A stretch of DNA of 64,000 bases, taken from contig OZ024740.1 of assembly GCA_964016885.1 (NCBI GenBank), positions 403,310,001 to 403,374,000 on the forward strand. Reading direction: 5' to 3'. Of this stretch, positions 1 through 14,934 are shown one piece after another; position 1 is the first letter of the stretch, and every line of letters starts with the position of its first letter. The DNA is from Eledone cirrhosa. Its lineage: Eukaryota. The notes under the pieces are model-generated. The model ran no database searches. It saw only the letters and a list, made by a program, of their open reading frames with translations, and was not told where the DNA came from. The translations under genes were made by a program, and so were the position numbers.

Positions 1-295
1 TCTCTCTCTCTCTCTCTCTCTCCTTCACACCCTCCCCTCTCTCGCTCACTCTCTCTATCCTTCACTGTTCCCCCATCTCTCTCTCTCTCTCTCTCTCCCT
101 CTCTCGCTCATTCTCTCTATCCCTCACTGTTCCTCCTCTTTCTCTCACCCTCTCTCTATCCCTTCCTGTCTCCCTCCTCTCTCTCTCTCCCTCACTGTCT
201 CCTCTCTCTCTCTCTATCTATCTATCTCTCTCTCTCTCTCTAGCCCTCACTGTCTCTCCTCTCTCGCTCATTCTCTTTATCCCCCTCTCTCTATC
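1..295. repeat. (CT)n-rich degenerate microsatellite
   Basis: Runs of tctctc with a recurring ccctcactgt motif. Confidence 0.9.
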
Positions 296-529
296 CTAAA
301 TTTTTCATATACTTCGTACGAGCATTTATGTAGTTTGCACTAGAATTTTTGTATCGTAGCGGCACGCTTAGAGATAGTATTAGTATTCATTTTCGGGATT
401 CTGAATTATTATTTCGTATTAGTTTATTTTTTTAACTGGGTGGTTGCTGGCCTTGTGCCTAGGGTAGAAACAATTATTTCGTATTAGTTTCGGAATTCTG
501 AATTATTATTTCGTGGTAGTTTCTTTAGT

Positions 530-1178
530 ATTTTGACCCCCCACTTGTTGACCAGTCACCGTAAGATATACTCGGTTCATTACTACTAACTCTTAAAATG
601 GTCTCACTACAATTCCGTCCCACCTAGTAAACTTTTCTATAGTTTAGCAGTACCAGTGAGAGACTTGATGATTATGGTTAGGGAATAGTAACCAGAAATT
701 GTTTTTTTATATTTTTAACATTCTTGGTATTCTTCTATATATTTACTCCATACTTGACTTACTTATTGTTTCGACTTCCTCCTCCTCCCCCTCCCTAGTA
801 TACTTGCTTGACCTCCTGCCCTGCTGTAGTTGGCACTATCAACGCACGACTGGGTTTCCTCCACTCCCTCTCCCTCTTTCTTCTAATGGCAGGTTCAGCT
901 ACCCTTTCCTTCCACAAATTGCCATGATAGAATTATGTGTCCCAACAACAAACTTTTGACCAATCCTTGAGACAATCACTTTTACCATATATGGAATTAT
1001 CCCCTGAGAAGCTCGGCTATTCATATACCAGGATAAAAATGTTCATTTAGTCCAGAATTAGCCGTCGAAACGGCTTGAGCTCAGCCGTCGGGGTCCTACT
1101 CGTTCCTCTTACCCACTCTACTACTCTAAGTACTTTGGTGCGTTATGGTCCACCTGGTTCCTTACCACATTTCCTTCG

Positions 1179-1180
<2 letters not shown>
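530..1180 (+). mobile_element. PLE-type pseudo-LTR fragment (family X) with degenerate type I hammerhead at ~1001-1093, ending at (TA)n
   Basis: ccc-CTGAGAA-(cggcta...tagccg stem II)-GAAA-cgg...ccg-TC-ggg. The same 3' sequence recurs at 17425-17606 and 57390-57490. The 5' boundary is approximate. Confidence 0.55.
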
Positions 1181-1208
<28 letters not shown>

Positions 1209-1210
<2 letters not shown>

Positions 1211-1809
1211 AAAATCACTGACGAAGGACTATTTTTATCATATGTAACACATGTGCAACCACGCAGTATTCTTCTTTCTTCTCATGTTTTTTATATATAT
1301 TTACCTCGGCTGCGTTTGTCTGTTTCTCTCTTACTGCTTCCCCACTCTCTCTGTTTCTCTCACCTTCTTTCGCACCCTCTGTCAGTTACACTTTCTCTCG
1401 ACTGACCTCTTCCTCACACTTCCACTCACTCACTCTCTGTTTCTCCCCTTCTCACTTCCTCCGTTTGGCTTGTGTGGGTCTCTTCTTGCTCACATCTCAC
1501 ACACATCAACACGGTCTGTACCTCTCTCACTCATGAAATCCACCCGGCTTATGCTGACCGGACAACCATGTTGCTTGTTTATTTTCCTATCTTCGGTTTG
1601 CTTTTATCCTTCTATGTTGTTTACTTGTCCCCCTCGCCTTACGCGAATTCTGGTCCCAATAACTTTTTTTAGTTATTGCTCACACCAACCTGAGGTATCT
1701 GATTTTTAATGCGATAAAATACCAATGATGGTTGGAAAATCACTGACGAAGGACTATTTTTATCATATGTAACCCATGTGCAAACCACGCAGTATTCTTC
1801 TTTCTTCTC

Positions 1810-1815
<6 letters not shown>
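1209..1815 (+). mobile_element. Partial tandem (525-bp period) of the permuted-hammerhead/K-turn repeat family between (TA)n arrays
   Basis: ggaaaatcactgacgaaggact occurs at 1209 and 1734. Homologous to 57530-58300 and, more distantly, to the minus strand of 48035-48976. Confidence 0.8.
1653..1754 (+). ncRNA. Permuted hammerhead-like motif, copy A (G12->A, probably inactive)
   Basis: ggtat-C-tgatttt...gcgat-AAA-atacc-aatgat-ggttgg-aaaatca-CTGACGA-aggac. Confidence 0.6.
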
Positions 1816-1876
<61 letters not shown>

Positions 1877-1881
<5 letters not shown>

Positions 1882-4132
1882 GAAGAGAGAAGAAACATTT
1901 AGATATAATTAGTAATAAAATGTATCATACCTAAACTGTTCCTAAATTCCTCGACTACGTAGTTTCGTGGCATAAACAAAAACAATATATCAAAGATATA
2001 GAGTCCTTGCGAGGTCTGCCGACTTATCAAGAGGATACCTCATTTTACTAGTCTCAAGAACGCGTCTACACGACGTGAGAAAGAATCCCAAAAGGCAGAG
2101 GGGGAGACAGTCACGCGATATAACGGTCGAGAAACAGAGCTAAGCCTCTTATAACCACGAAGAAAATACCACGGAGGCGGAGGGGGTATTCATATCGAGG
2201 CCGTAGAAGAGGTAGTGAAGAAGGCGAGAAGTATGAGTAATGGAAGCTTTCCAGTTGTCCCCACACTTCAAAGATTGCTCGACCAGAGGGAGTTATTAAT
2301 ATATTTAGAAACACACAGATACATGCGGACACACACATATATACATGAATGCATCCGCACCCAACTGTGAGTTAAGGGTGCCAACTTCACCGATGTTGCT
2401 CAATGAATGACTGGGACAGACTAATTCAGTTTGAACCAGACTGAACCAGTATCAGAGTTAAAAATACATTATGAAGAGAGAAGAAACATTTAGATATAAT
2501 TAGTAATAAAATGTATCATACCTAAACTGTTCCTAAATTCCTCGACTACGTAGTTTCGTGGCATAAACAAAAACAATATATCAAAGATATAGAGTCCTTG
2601 CGAGGTCTGCCGACTTATCAAGAGGATACCTCATTTTACTAGTCTCAAGAACGCGTCTACACGACGTGAGAAAGAATCCCAAAAGGCGGAGGGGGAGACA
2701 GTCACGCGATATAACGGTCGAGAAACAGAGCTAAGCCTCTTATAACCACGAAGAAAATACCACGGAGGCGGAGGGGGTATTCATATCGAGGCCGTAGAAG
2801 AGGTAGTGAAGAAGGCGAGAAGTATGAGTAATGGAAGCTTTCCAGTTGTCCCCACACTTCAAAGATTGCTCGACCAGAGGGAGTTATTAATATATTTAGA
2901 AACACACAGATACATGCGGACACACACATATATACATGAATGCATCCGCACCCAACTGTGAGTTAAGGGTGCCAACTTCACCGATGTTGCTCAATGAATG
3001 ACTGGGACAGACTAATTCAGTTTGAACCAGACTGAACCAGTATCAGAGTTAAAAATACATTATGAAGAGAGAAGAAACATTTAGATATAATTAGTAATAA
3101 AATGTATCATACCTAAACTGTTCCTAAATTCCTCGACTACGTAGTTTCGTGGCATAAACAAAAACAATATATCAAAGATATAGAGTCCTTGCGAGGTCTG
3201 CCGACTTATCAAGAGGATACCTCATTTTACTAGTCTCAAGAACGCGTCTACACGACGTGAGAAAGAATCCCAAAAGGCGGAGGGGGAGACAGTCACGCGA
3301 TATAACGGTCGAGAAACAGAGCTAAGCCTCTTATAACCACGAAGAAAATACCACGGAGGCGGAGGGGGTATTCATATCGAGGCCGTAGAAGAGGTAGTGA
3401 AGAAGGCGAGAAGTATGAGTAATGGAAGCTTTCCAGTTGTCCCCACACTTCAAAGATTGCTCGACCAGAGGGAGTTATTAATATATTTAGAAACACACAG
3501 ATACATGCGGACACACACATATATACATGAATGCATCCGCACCCAACTGTGAGTTAAGGGTGCCAACTTCACCGATGTTGCTCAATGAATGACTGGGACA
3601 GACTAATTCAGTTTGAACCAGACTGAACCAGTATCAGAGTTAAAAATACATTATGAAGAGAGAAGAAACATTTAGATATAATTAGTAATAAAATGTATCA
3701 TACCTAAACTGTTCCTAAATTCCTCGACTACGTAGTTTCGTGGCATAAACAAAAACAATATATCAAAGATATAGAGTCCTTGCGAGGTCTGCCGACTTAT
3801 CAAGAGGATACCTCATTTTACTAGTCTCAAGAACGCGTCTACACGACGTGAGAAAGAATCCCAAAAGGCGGAGGGGGAGACAGTCACGCGATATAACGGT
3901 CGAGAAACAGAGCTAAGCCTCTTATAACCACGAAGAAAATACCACGGAGGCGGAGGGGGTATTCATATCGAGGCCGTAGAAGAGGTAGTGAAGAAGGCGA
4001 GAAGTATGAGTAATGGAAGCTTTCCAGTTGTCCCCACACTTCAAAGATTGCTCGACCAGAGGGAGTTATTAATATATTTAGAAACACACAGATACATGCG
4101 GACACACACATATATACATGAATGCATCCGCA
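1877..4132 (-). repeat. 3.8 near-identical tandem copies of a 591-bp unit, each with a type I hammerhead (retrozyme/pLTR concatemer)
   Basis: Unit starts at 1878, 2469, 3060 and 3651; flanked by (TA)n on both sides; only one substitution noticed between units. Confidence 0.95.
1948..2035 (-). ncRNA. Type I hammerhead ribozyme, U3-A8 core variant (also 2539-2626, 3130-3217, 3721-3808)
   Basis: Minus strand: tcctc-TTGATAA-gtcggca...tgccac-GAAA-ctacgtag-TC-gagga. 5-bp stem I, palindromic stem III, GUC cleavage triplet. Confidence 0.85.
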
Positions 4133-4185
4133 TATATATATATAGATAAATATACACCGGTGTATATGATTGTGTATAGAAGATT

Positions 4186-4464
4186 ATATTAATAAGAGGA
4201 ATTCTAACTTTGTCTGATTTACTCGTTTTATTTACAATCCTTTAAAATTTATAATGGTATTATAATGAATAATTGCATTTGAAAATTGCAAACTTGACTG
4301 TCACCACACATTATGAACCTGAAGATTGCGAAAGCATGAAAGTACTTGTTCAATTAACACTTAACATTTAATATTCTATCATACTATTTCATTATAATAC
4401 CATTATAAATTTTAAAGGATTGTAAATAAAACGAGTAAATCAGACAAAGTTGGAATTCCTCTTA

Positions 4465-4470
<6 letters not shown>
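4186..4470 (+). mobile_element. Fold-back PLE-type terminus: ~83-bp inverted arms (4186-4268 / 4388-4470) enclosing a minimal hammerhead
   Basis: The arms are reverse complements; the element ends in (TA)n. Confidence 0.8.
4314..4352 (+). ncRNA. Minimal type I hammerhead ribozyme
   Basis: tgaac-CTGAAGA-t-tgc-gaaa-gca-t-GAAA-gtac-TT-gttca. Confidence 0.85.
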
Positions 4471-4523
<53 letters not shown>

Positions 4524-4527
4524 TATT

Positions 4528-4561
<34 letters not shown>

Positions 4562-4564
4562 CAC

Positions 4565-4630
<66 letters not shown>

Positions 4631-6389
4631 TTATATATATGGGGTTGGGGAAATATACATATACATTTTCAATGGTTTGAAGGAAGTATCAGTGCCCTTC
4701 GCCGAACCTTAAAGACTATTGAGATCGACGTAATTACCTTCCCTCTTGAACGGTTTCAATTAGACTGCTCTTGTAAAAACAATATGAGCAAGTGGTAATT
4801 CCAGTGGGACGTTTCGATTGCCCATTGAATCCAAATCATTTATCTAAAGCCCTTTTCCTCAGAAATAGGTTATTGTTTCTGTTTAACATTTTTTCTGGTT
4901 AATATCAAACATCATCCAATGGAAACATGACAATGTAGTTTCATGATACAATCAGAGACGTCGTTTGCCTTTAAAATGTGAGGGGGCAAACCAACATTTG
5001 TGTTAGTATTGCTTATGGTGCCTTGCCCGGACCCTATCACATAAGTAAAATTTGACGCTAATTAAATTTTATATATTCAAATGAAGTTTGGATATTAAAA
5101 AATAAGCTTAAAAAGAATTTATTATATCAAATAAACAAAAAATAAAGGCCCTTGGATACAATTATTATACAAACGAACCAAATAAACGCACCTATATATC
5201 TACATATTACTTACCCTTCGGTAAAACAACAACTTTTACAATTTTTTCAAATATTAAGACTGAAAATCTCTGATGAACTTTCATGAAGATAATAGATCCG
5301 GAAGCATAGCTAAAACAGGCATGTTAGTTACCAGGCGTTATCTTTAGAACGAGCTAGAATATACATCTTCTCTAAAATAATTTACCTACTACAAAATACA
5401 CATATAAGCTACATTAGAGAATTGATGTGATATCTTGTGTGGTGACCGCCTCAATAATGTGAAACCTTTTAGTTGGCATCTAAAAGAAGAATTATCCGAC
5501 TAATTGTCATAATTTAACTGTTTAACACAGTATTAGCAGACGATAAACATTAGCAGACGATAAACATTAGCCCGTCTACTCGTTAAATCCTCTGTCAGTC
5601 TTTCTATATGTTACAATAATTTCTGATGAAATCGCCTGCTCTGTATCTGAATCACTAAACCCTGTACTTCGCCTTAATATTTTTTCTTCGGGAATACAAA
5701 ACACCCTATAAGTTTTCTTTCCAGGATATTCGCTACAGAAAGCAGTTATAGTTAAACCATTATTCCACTGATCTCACAAGTTTCGAAATATTGCAAAAGC
5801 AATTAGTGAGCGCAATTCTTGGACTAAGTAAAGTATATGTTTTTTGTGTACTTCGGTTGAAAGAAAACTGGTTTTCGATTTTCGTCAGAACTGCCGGTTA
5901 CTCATCCAATGTATTTATGAGTGGCGAGGAGGGGTTATAGATGTGGAATAAAAGGCTGAGAAACGATAGAGATATTAATATGGAATAAATTTCATGGTGG
6001 GGCGAAACATGAAAGCAGAAAATGGTTCAGGAATAGCAAAACCAAGAGGAAAAAATAAATAACATAAACACGGGAAATTTCTTCAGCTATCGACTAGTTA
6101 CCAACGTGATTTTGTCACTGTCCCAGAGGATTTCTACTTTCAGCAGTCATCCTATGATGATCCTACTTTCAGGAATGCAGTCTTTTAAGGGCATATTCCA
6201 TCTGCATAATTATTTTAAAATTTTTTCAAACATTTTCTTGGCTTTTTATACGTTTTTAAGCGTTTGAAACTGAATATTTATTCCATCGATACTCCCGGTC
6301 TCTCACTTGTGTGGGTTCGATTATATGGCAAATATATTTTCATCTGATAAATATACATACCATGCATATAGATGAATACATACATACAT

Positions 6390-6735
6390 GATGGCTGCCC
6401 CCTCGTTATCGAGTATGGCCATTGCAAGATATACCATTATTAGTAATTATTAATTAATTCCATCGTGCAATGCCTGTATGCAAAGATTTTTTTAAAGTGA
6501 AGAAAGACTGTGCACTGAGCCAATCCCACTCTCTGAGCTACAGTAGATATAACCCGAAAAATAGAAAAGATCAACATCATCGGTAACTACTGAGCCGCAG
6601 GTTTTATATCGGAGTTATCCCAGTTTCCTGAGTTGCTTTCTCCTAGAAGAATGCCCTAACAAAGGCTGGAGTCCTTTACTCCCAGTGGTTTAACCACGAG
6701 ATCGGGTAGCCAGTCCGACTATCTCTATGTCCCCG
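6390..6735 (-). mobile_element. Diverged relative of the ~580-bp (TACA)n-embedded non-autonomous element
   Basis: Shares atggctgcc, cgagta, caatgcctgt, agccaatcccactctct, tctcctagaa and acaaaggct with 8515-9092. Confidence 0.55.
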
Positions 6736-7049
6736 CGCATATACATACACATCCATATGTACATGTGTATACAGATATTTACACATTTTTGGATGGCCGT
6801 TGATTCTTATGAGTTCTTCCGCCCTTTCTCATACATACATACATACATACATACATACATACATACATACATACATACATACATACATACATGCTTATAT
6901 ATACGTATGTGTGCATGAAATGGTCCGTCATTCGTTTCGATCAACTGAAGAGCCAGGGCGTAAAATAAATCTAGAAGTAGATGAGTGTTTCATAGACCTT
7001 ATACCCTTAAACTTGCTTCAAGAGAAATTCGGCGTGACACATTGTATGA

Positions 7050-7190
7050 AGGCGTGTGGCTGAGTGGTTAGACAATCATTTCGCAGTCGTGAGTTTGCGA
7101 GTTCGATTCCCAGACCGGGCGATCCGTTATGCCCTTGAACAAGACATTTTATTTCACGTTGCTCCTTCTACCTGGAGTTGCGACCGATAG
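7050..7190 (+). mobile_element. tRNA-derived SINE (diverged)
   Basis: A-box tggctgagtgg and B-box gttcgattcc, followed by cccttgaacaagaca. Confidence 0.6.
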
Positions 7191-7289
7191 ATAGTATTAG
7201 CAATTGGAAAGACCAATGGAAACATTGTTTCCTCGGTCCGATTTTTTTTACATTGTATGACAAGATTGACATTTTTAAATAGAGGCAGA

Positions 7290-7445
7290 GTTCATCTGAC
7301 AGCTTCAGTCTATCAAATTTCACTCACAATGCTTGTATTGCACCGATGCTATTGTAGATGACACTTGCCCAAGATTTCACGCAATAGGGTTGAACACGGT
7401 ACCTTATGCTTGCGAAACGAACTTCTTAACCACTCGGACATGTTT
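7290..7445 (-). mobile_element. tRNA-derived SINE remnant
   Basis: Minus strand ccgagtggttaagaag...gttcaaccc...ttgggcaagtgtc. Confidence 0.5.
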
Positions 7446-7551
7446 CACTAATATACATACATGCGTGCATACATACATAAATACATACATACATACATAC
7501 ATACATACATACATACATACATACATACATACATACATACATACATACATA

Positions 7552-8080
7552 CAGCTGTTCAAAGATGTCATCGCGGTACTATCTGCCTATGAGGCATGAT
7601 GTAGTGGCCAAAACAATGTACAATGCAATCCGTAGAAAAGATAGCCCCCGATAATAAACACATTAAAAGCAATGTGGAAGACATACATATACATAATATG
7701 AAAGAGTACTGGTGGAATATTCCAGTAAAAACCCCAATAAAATGCAAGCATAACAGACCAGGTATAATGATATGGGACAGGGAAAAGAAGGTATACACAG
7801 TAGTGAAAGTTAGCTGCCAAGCAGATGCCAATATAATATCAAAGAATATCTATGCAGAACTAATGAGAAATCTGCAGATACTCCACCCTGATTATACCTT
7901 CAGATTTATGCCTGTGATTATTGGGGCACTGGGATATGTTAGTAACTGCCTCAATACAAATCTTGAGAAGCTGGGCTTCACAGAAACAGAAAGAAGACAA
8001 CTAGTTAGGAAATTACAAGTACAATCCATTAATGGAACAGTAAAAATATGAAAACATACCAAACATGTTGCATCTAATAA
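7552..8080 (+). pseudogene. 3' fragment of an R4/Dong-like non-LTR retrotransposon (restriction-like endonuclease domain)
   Basis: SCSKMSSRYYLPMRHDVVAK, then (frameshift) WWNIPVKT..HNRPGIMIWD..VSC.ADANI..Y.EL..FMPVIIGALG; starts directly after (TACA)n. Confidence 0.8.
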
Positions 8081-8514
8081 CTGCATATACACATGTACAG
8101 ATACATAGCGTATACACATGCACACATACAACTCAAAGCATACACATCCACACATACAATAACATCCATACCTACACACATGCATGCAGACATGCAGACA
8201 TATCTAGCTAGGTGATGTTATCTAAATTCCAATTAGAAAGTCTTGTAACTATGTTAGAATCCGACTAACTCTATTGGTAAAAATTTGTGAAATTATAAAA
8301 CCAGAAGAAAATACTTACATACATAAAAAGTATAACTGAAATGGATTTGCAGCTTCCTAATTCATAGACTACAAATGGCCGCGATATCTGACACCATCAA
8401 AATTTGTAAAACATTCTTGCAATTGAAGGGATAACAATTTCTTTTCTTTTACAACATTGTCACCAGGTCAAAATGTACTCGAAATTAAGAAAAAGAGAGG
8501 CATACATACATACA

Positions 8515-9092
8515 TGGTGGCTGCCAACTCGTTTTCGAGTACGGCCACTACTTTATATCCATGTAGGAGAACCCCTACCGATGCGCTGAACGAGTGTGAC
8601 ATTTTAGTCCAGCCAGCGACTTGAAAACTCTGGTACAAACACTACAGATGTGACAATTATTGACACATAGTGCTGGGCCCATGGTACCATGTGACGACAA
8701 GTGCAGAGAGATCTCCAGATATAAAGCAATGCCTGTGCCGTGAAGCTTTTATAATGAGCAAAGGCACTGCACAAAGCCAGTCCCACTCTCTTAACCAAGA
8801 TGATATTTACCAAAAAGAAGAACAATTCAAAATCATTGGATACCATCAGGGTTGCAGGTGTTATATCAGAGTTTTCCTTCTCCTAGAATTCTGACTTGAC
8901 AAAGGCTAAGGGGTCATCTCTGCCGGTGATTTTGGATGGCAATTGACTCTTAAGAGCTCCTTTGCCCTTTGACAGGTTTTGTTTTTAGTCCTGAAGGATG
9001 TCCAAAGTCACCCTCCTCACCAAGAAACCTTGGTGGGGTTGCCAGTTTAGTCGCCAACGACCCGACCATGGGACAGGTTGTACTGGGATACA
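8515..9092 (-). mobile_element. ~580-bp non-autonomous retroelement (probably RTE-derived) embedded in (TACA)n, copy 1
   Basis: Three highly similar copies (8515-9092, 9200-9778, 34745-35312). The motif ggagaaggaaaactctga resembles RTE 5' regions, from memory. Confidence 0.7.
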
Positions 9093-9199
9093 TGTTACAT
9101 ACATACATACGTACATACATACATACATACATACATACATACATACATACATACATACATACATACATACATACATACATACATACATACATACATAAA

Positions 9200-9778
9200 T
9201 GGTGGCTGCCAACTCGTTTTCGAGTACGGCCACTACTTTATATCCATGTAGGAGAACCCCTACCGATGCGCTGAACAAGTGTGACTTTTTAGTCCAGCCA
9301 GCGACTTAAAAACTCTGGTACAAACACTACACTTGTGACAATTATTGACACATAGTGCTGGGCCCATGGTACCATGTGGTGACAAGTGCAGAGAGATCTC
9401 CAGATACAAAGCAATGCCTGTGCCGTGAAGCTTTTATAGTGAGCAAAGGCACTGCACAAAGCCAGTCCCACTCTCTTAACCAAGATGATATTTACCATAA
9501 AGAAGAACAAATCGACATCATTGGATACCATCAGGGTCGCAGGTGTTTTTCAGAGTTTTCCTTCTCCTAGAATTATGCCTTGACAAAGGCTAAGGGGTCA
9601 TCTCTCCCGGTGATTTTGGATGGCCATTGACTCTTAAGGGTTCCTTTGCCCTTTGACAGGTTTTGTTTTTAGCCCTGCAGGATGTCCAAAGTCACCCTCC
9701 TCACCAAGAAACCTTGGTGCGGTTGCCAGTTTAGTCGCCAACGACCCGACCATGGGACAGGTTGTACTGGGATAGATG
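9200..9778 (-). mobile_element. Same element, copy 2
   Basis: Direct repeat of 8515-9092, separated from it by (TACA)n. Confidence 0.7.
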
Positions 9779-9939
9779 TTACCAGTAGCACCAACTGGTG
9801 ACCTGATATATAAATACATACATGCATACATATAAATATATACATACATATATAAATACGTAGTACTCTTTCCTCTCTCATTCTTACCGTCTACATTTTT
9901 ATCATACAACTTGGTTATTTCATTACGCATGCGCGCGTT

Positions 9940-10008
<69 letters not shown>

Positions 10009-10167
10009 ACGATACCTGTTTATTGTCACATATTTGTGCGTGGTCGATTTTGTCACTTTCTCTATCAATAATTCACCATTCTATCTTGCTCTTTTCTCTC
10101 TTTCTGTCACAATCACATTTACATACAGAAAAATATACATACATTTACAAACGTACAAACACACCAC

Positions 10168-10229
<62 letters not shown>

Positions 10230-10370
10230 TTCATACATGCATACACACAGAGTTACATGTCAACGCAATCATACGCACACCGACAAACAACCGTATATTT
10301 ACTAATACATGAACACACTTACATGAACACATACATACACTCATACAAATATATATAAATACACACACAC

Positions 10371-10685
10371 AAGCCTCAACCTGGTGCAGTCTGCGACTAA
10401 CCCAGGTTCTGCTGCACGACAGGCTGAAGGGCCAAACTCCTCAAATACCGGTCGCTCTCCGACAGGTTTGCGGTCGTACCTCTGGCAGTGGAGACTTCTG
10501 GTGCCCTCGGCCCCAGGGCTACCTCCTTACTCACCACCATAGGTGCTGAGCTGGCCAGCCGCAGGTGTGAGCCCCGCGAGTTGGGGTGGCTTTTCCAACG
10601 CGTCTCCCTTGCCGTCCTCCGGGGAAATGCCTTCTCCATTCTGTCTGCCGGGGCTGTGAGTGGGCCCCATCGCGTACCGTTGTAG
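10371..10685 (+). pseudogene. 3' fragment of a CRE-clade non-LTR retrotransposon (RLE domain)
   Basis: PGSAARQAE / KLLKYRSLSDRFAVVPLAVETSGALG...E.RE..WLFQRVSLAVLRGNAFSIL. Confidence 0.8.
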
Positions 10686-11107
10686 TTGTAGAAGAAACAA
10701 GAAGACAACAACAAAGATAAAATACATACAAACACTCACACCCGCTCACATACACACACACACACACAAAGTTACATGTCAACGCAATCATACTCACACC
10801 GACAAACAGCCGTATATTTACTAATATATGAACACATACATACACTCAAACAAATATATATAAATACACAAACACAAAAGATATAAATACATACAAACAC
10901 ACCACACACGTACACACAAATAGATATAAATACAGGCACACACATACACATACAAGCAATCTAAAATGTGCTGTTAAGCAAGTCGATAGTCGTGCAAGTA
11001 CAATAGATCGGTTCAAATCATTTGGTCTTACGCCGCGGTCGATATACACTAAACGCATCGGTAGATTTTATTGACAGTTCGCAGAAGCCAATCTGAATGC
11101 ATTATAA

Positions 11108-11325
11108 AAACAACAACAACAACAGCAGCAGCAGCATCAACAACAACAACAACACCAACAACAACAACAACAACAAAAACTACATCAACAACAAAAAACA
11201 CCAGCAACAACCGCAGCAGCAGTAGTAGCAACAAAAACAACAAAAACACCGACAAAAACTACAACAACAACATCAACAACAGCAACCACAACAACGATAA
11301 GAACAGCAGTAGTGACAACAACAGC

Positions 11326-11380
<55 letters not shown>

Positions 11381-11430
11381 GCAGCAGCAGCAACAACAGC
11401 TACAGCAACAATGATAAGAACAGCAGCAGC

Positions 11431-11474
<44 letters not shown>

Positions 11475-11610
11475 GAAAAACTACATCACATCAACAACAG
11501 CAACCACAACAACAATGATAAGAACAGCAGTAGCGGCAACAACAACAACAACAATAACAACAATAACAGCAATATATTCAACAAGAACAACAAGATCAAC
11601 TGTAACAACA
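11108..11610. repeat. (CAA)n/(CAG)n low-complexity tract
   Basis: Trinucleotide runs. Confidence 0.9.
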
Positions 11611-11844
11611 ATATAGGAATCAACATAAACAGCCACATTGCATTCCTATGACATTATTATCGCGAATGAAAGCAAAAGGAACATTAGTGTTAGCAACACA
11701 TTCAAATTCGTCGACAGGAACATCCGAAATCCCTGTGAATAGATGTCCAAAACTTAGAATAGTGAAAGGGAGAGAAAGAGTTGTAAAGGTGTAGCTATAT
11801 CAGATTGAATACAAATGATATAGGTATACATTCTCACACAGATA

Positions 11845-14000
<2,156 letters not shown>

Positions 14001-14715
14001 ATATACATACATATATACATATATATTATGATAATAATGATAATCGTAATAACAACAAACAATAAGACAGTGATAATAAGGGTTTAGATCGATATCCAGT
14101 GATATTTGGAACACACACATAGAATTAATTGTAAGACAACATTCCCAGCCTGAAGTCTAAGCTATGTGAACAGTGTAATTATTGTATAGACTGATCAACA
14201 TATGAAACCGTTAAAGTACTCAAAATGTCATTAATTGAAACAACCAGTATCCACATAGTTTAGCATACAGAATCCGACTGAATACAAAAATCCACGTCTA
14301 AGCTGTTATAGTAATTATGGGAGAGGTCTTCTATATCATGAACTGATCCAAGACAAAGTGTGGATTGCTTTCTCTTGTTTGCTTCACCCTATCTGAATAT
14401 CACCAAAGGAAGTTTTGGTCTTAGAATTGTCAGGATAGTCTCAGTTGACTGAATGTGTTCTCACTCGTGACATTCAGATTGTAGATTATTTGTATGTATA
14501 CACTTTATGCAAAGCGGTCCCCATATACATTTTCGTTTCGCATAATTCATATCCCTTTTCCTATATATAGGACCATAAACATATTTCAGTATTTTAGATC
14601 AGCTCAGACAATAGGAATTATCTCCCTTGAAAGCTTTTCATAACCTGAACAATCTTCGCAGAGGAGGTTTCCCTGTTGACATTGCATTTAGAGCTTTCTG
14701 TTATGTACACAAACA

Positions 14716-14934
14716 GGGCGGTGGATTGGCAGTATCGGTAGAGTCGGACACTATCCTTTGCAGCATAGAGTTACGGTCCTTTACGGTCTGAGTTCAAATC
14801 CCACCGAGGTTAACTTTGCCTTTCATCCTTACGGGATCGATAAAATAAAGTTCCAGTCCCGCACTGGGCACGATTTTATCGACTTTACCCTCCCCACAAA
14901 TTACTGGCCTTGTGACTATACTAGAAATCATTAT
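14716..14934 (+). mobile_element. tRNA-headed SINE with Meta-domain-like core and (ATT)n tail
   Basis: tggcagtatcggtaga (A box), gagttcaaatccc (B box), gcctttcatccttacgggatcgataaaataaagt core, ctggccttgtg...agaaatcattat end. Confidence 0.85.

Noticed and set aside
2111-4111. Four identical 75-aa ORFs
   Set aside because: By-product of the 591-bp tandem unit; starts in a TG tract and has no recognisable motif.
11071-11616. Asn/Thr-rich 181-aa ORF
   Set aside because: (CAA)n low-complexity tract that is open by composition.
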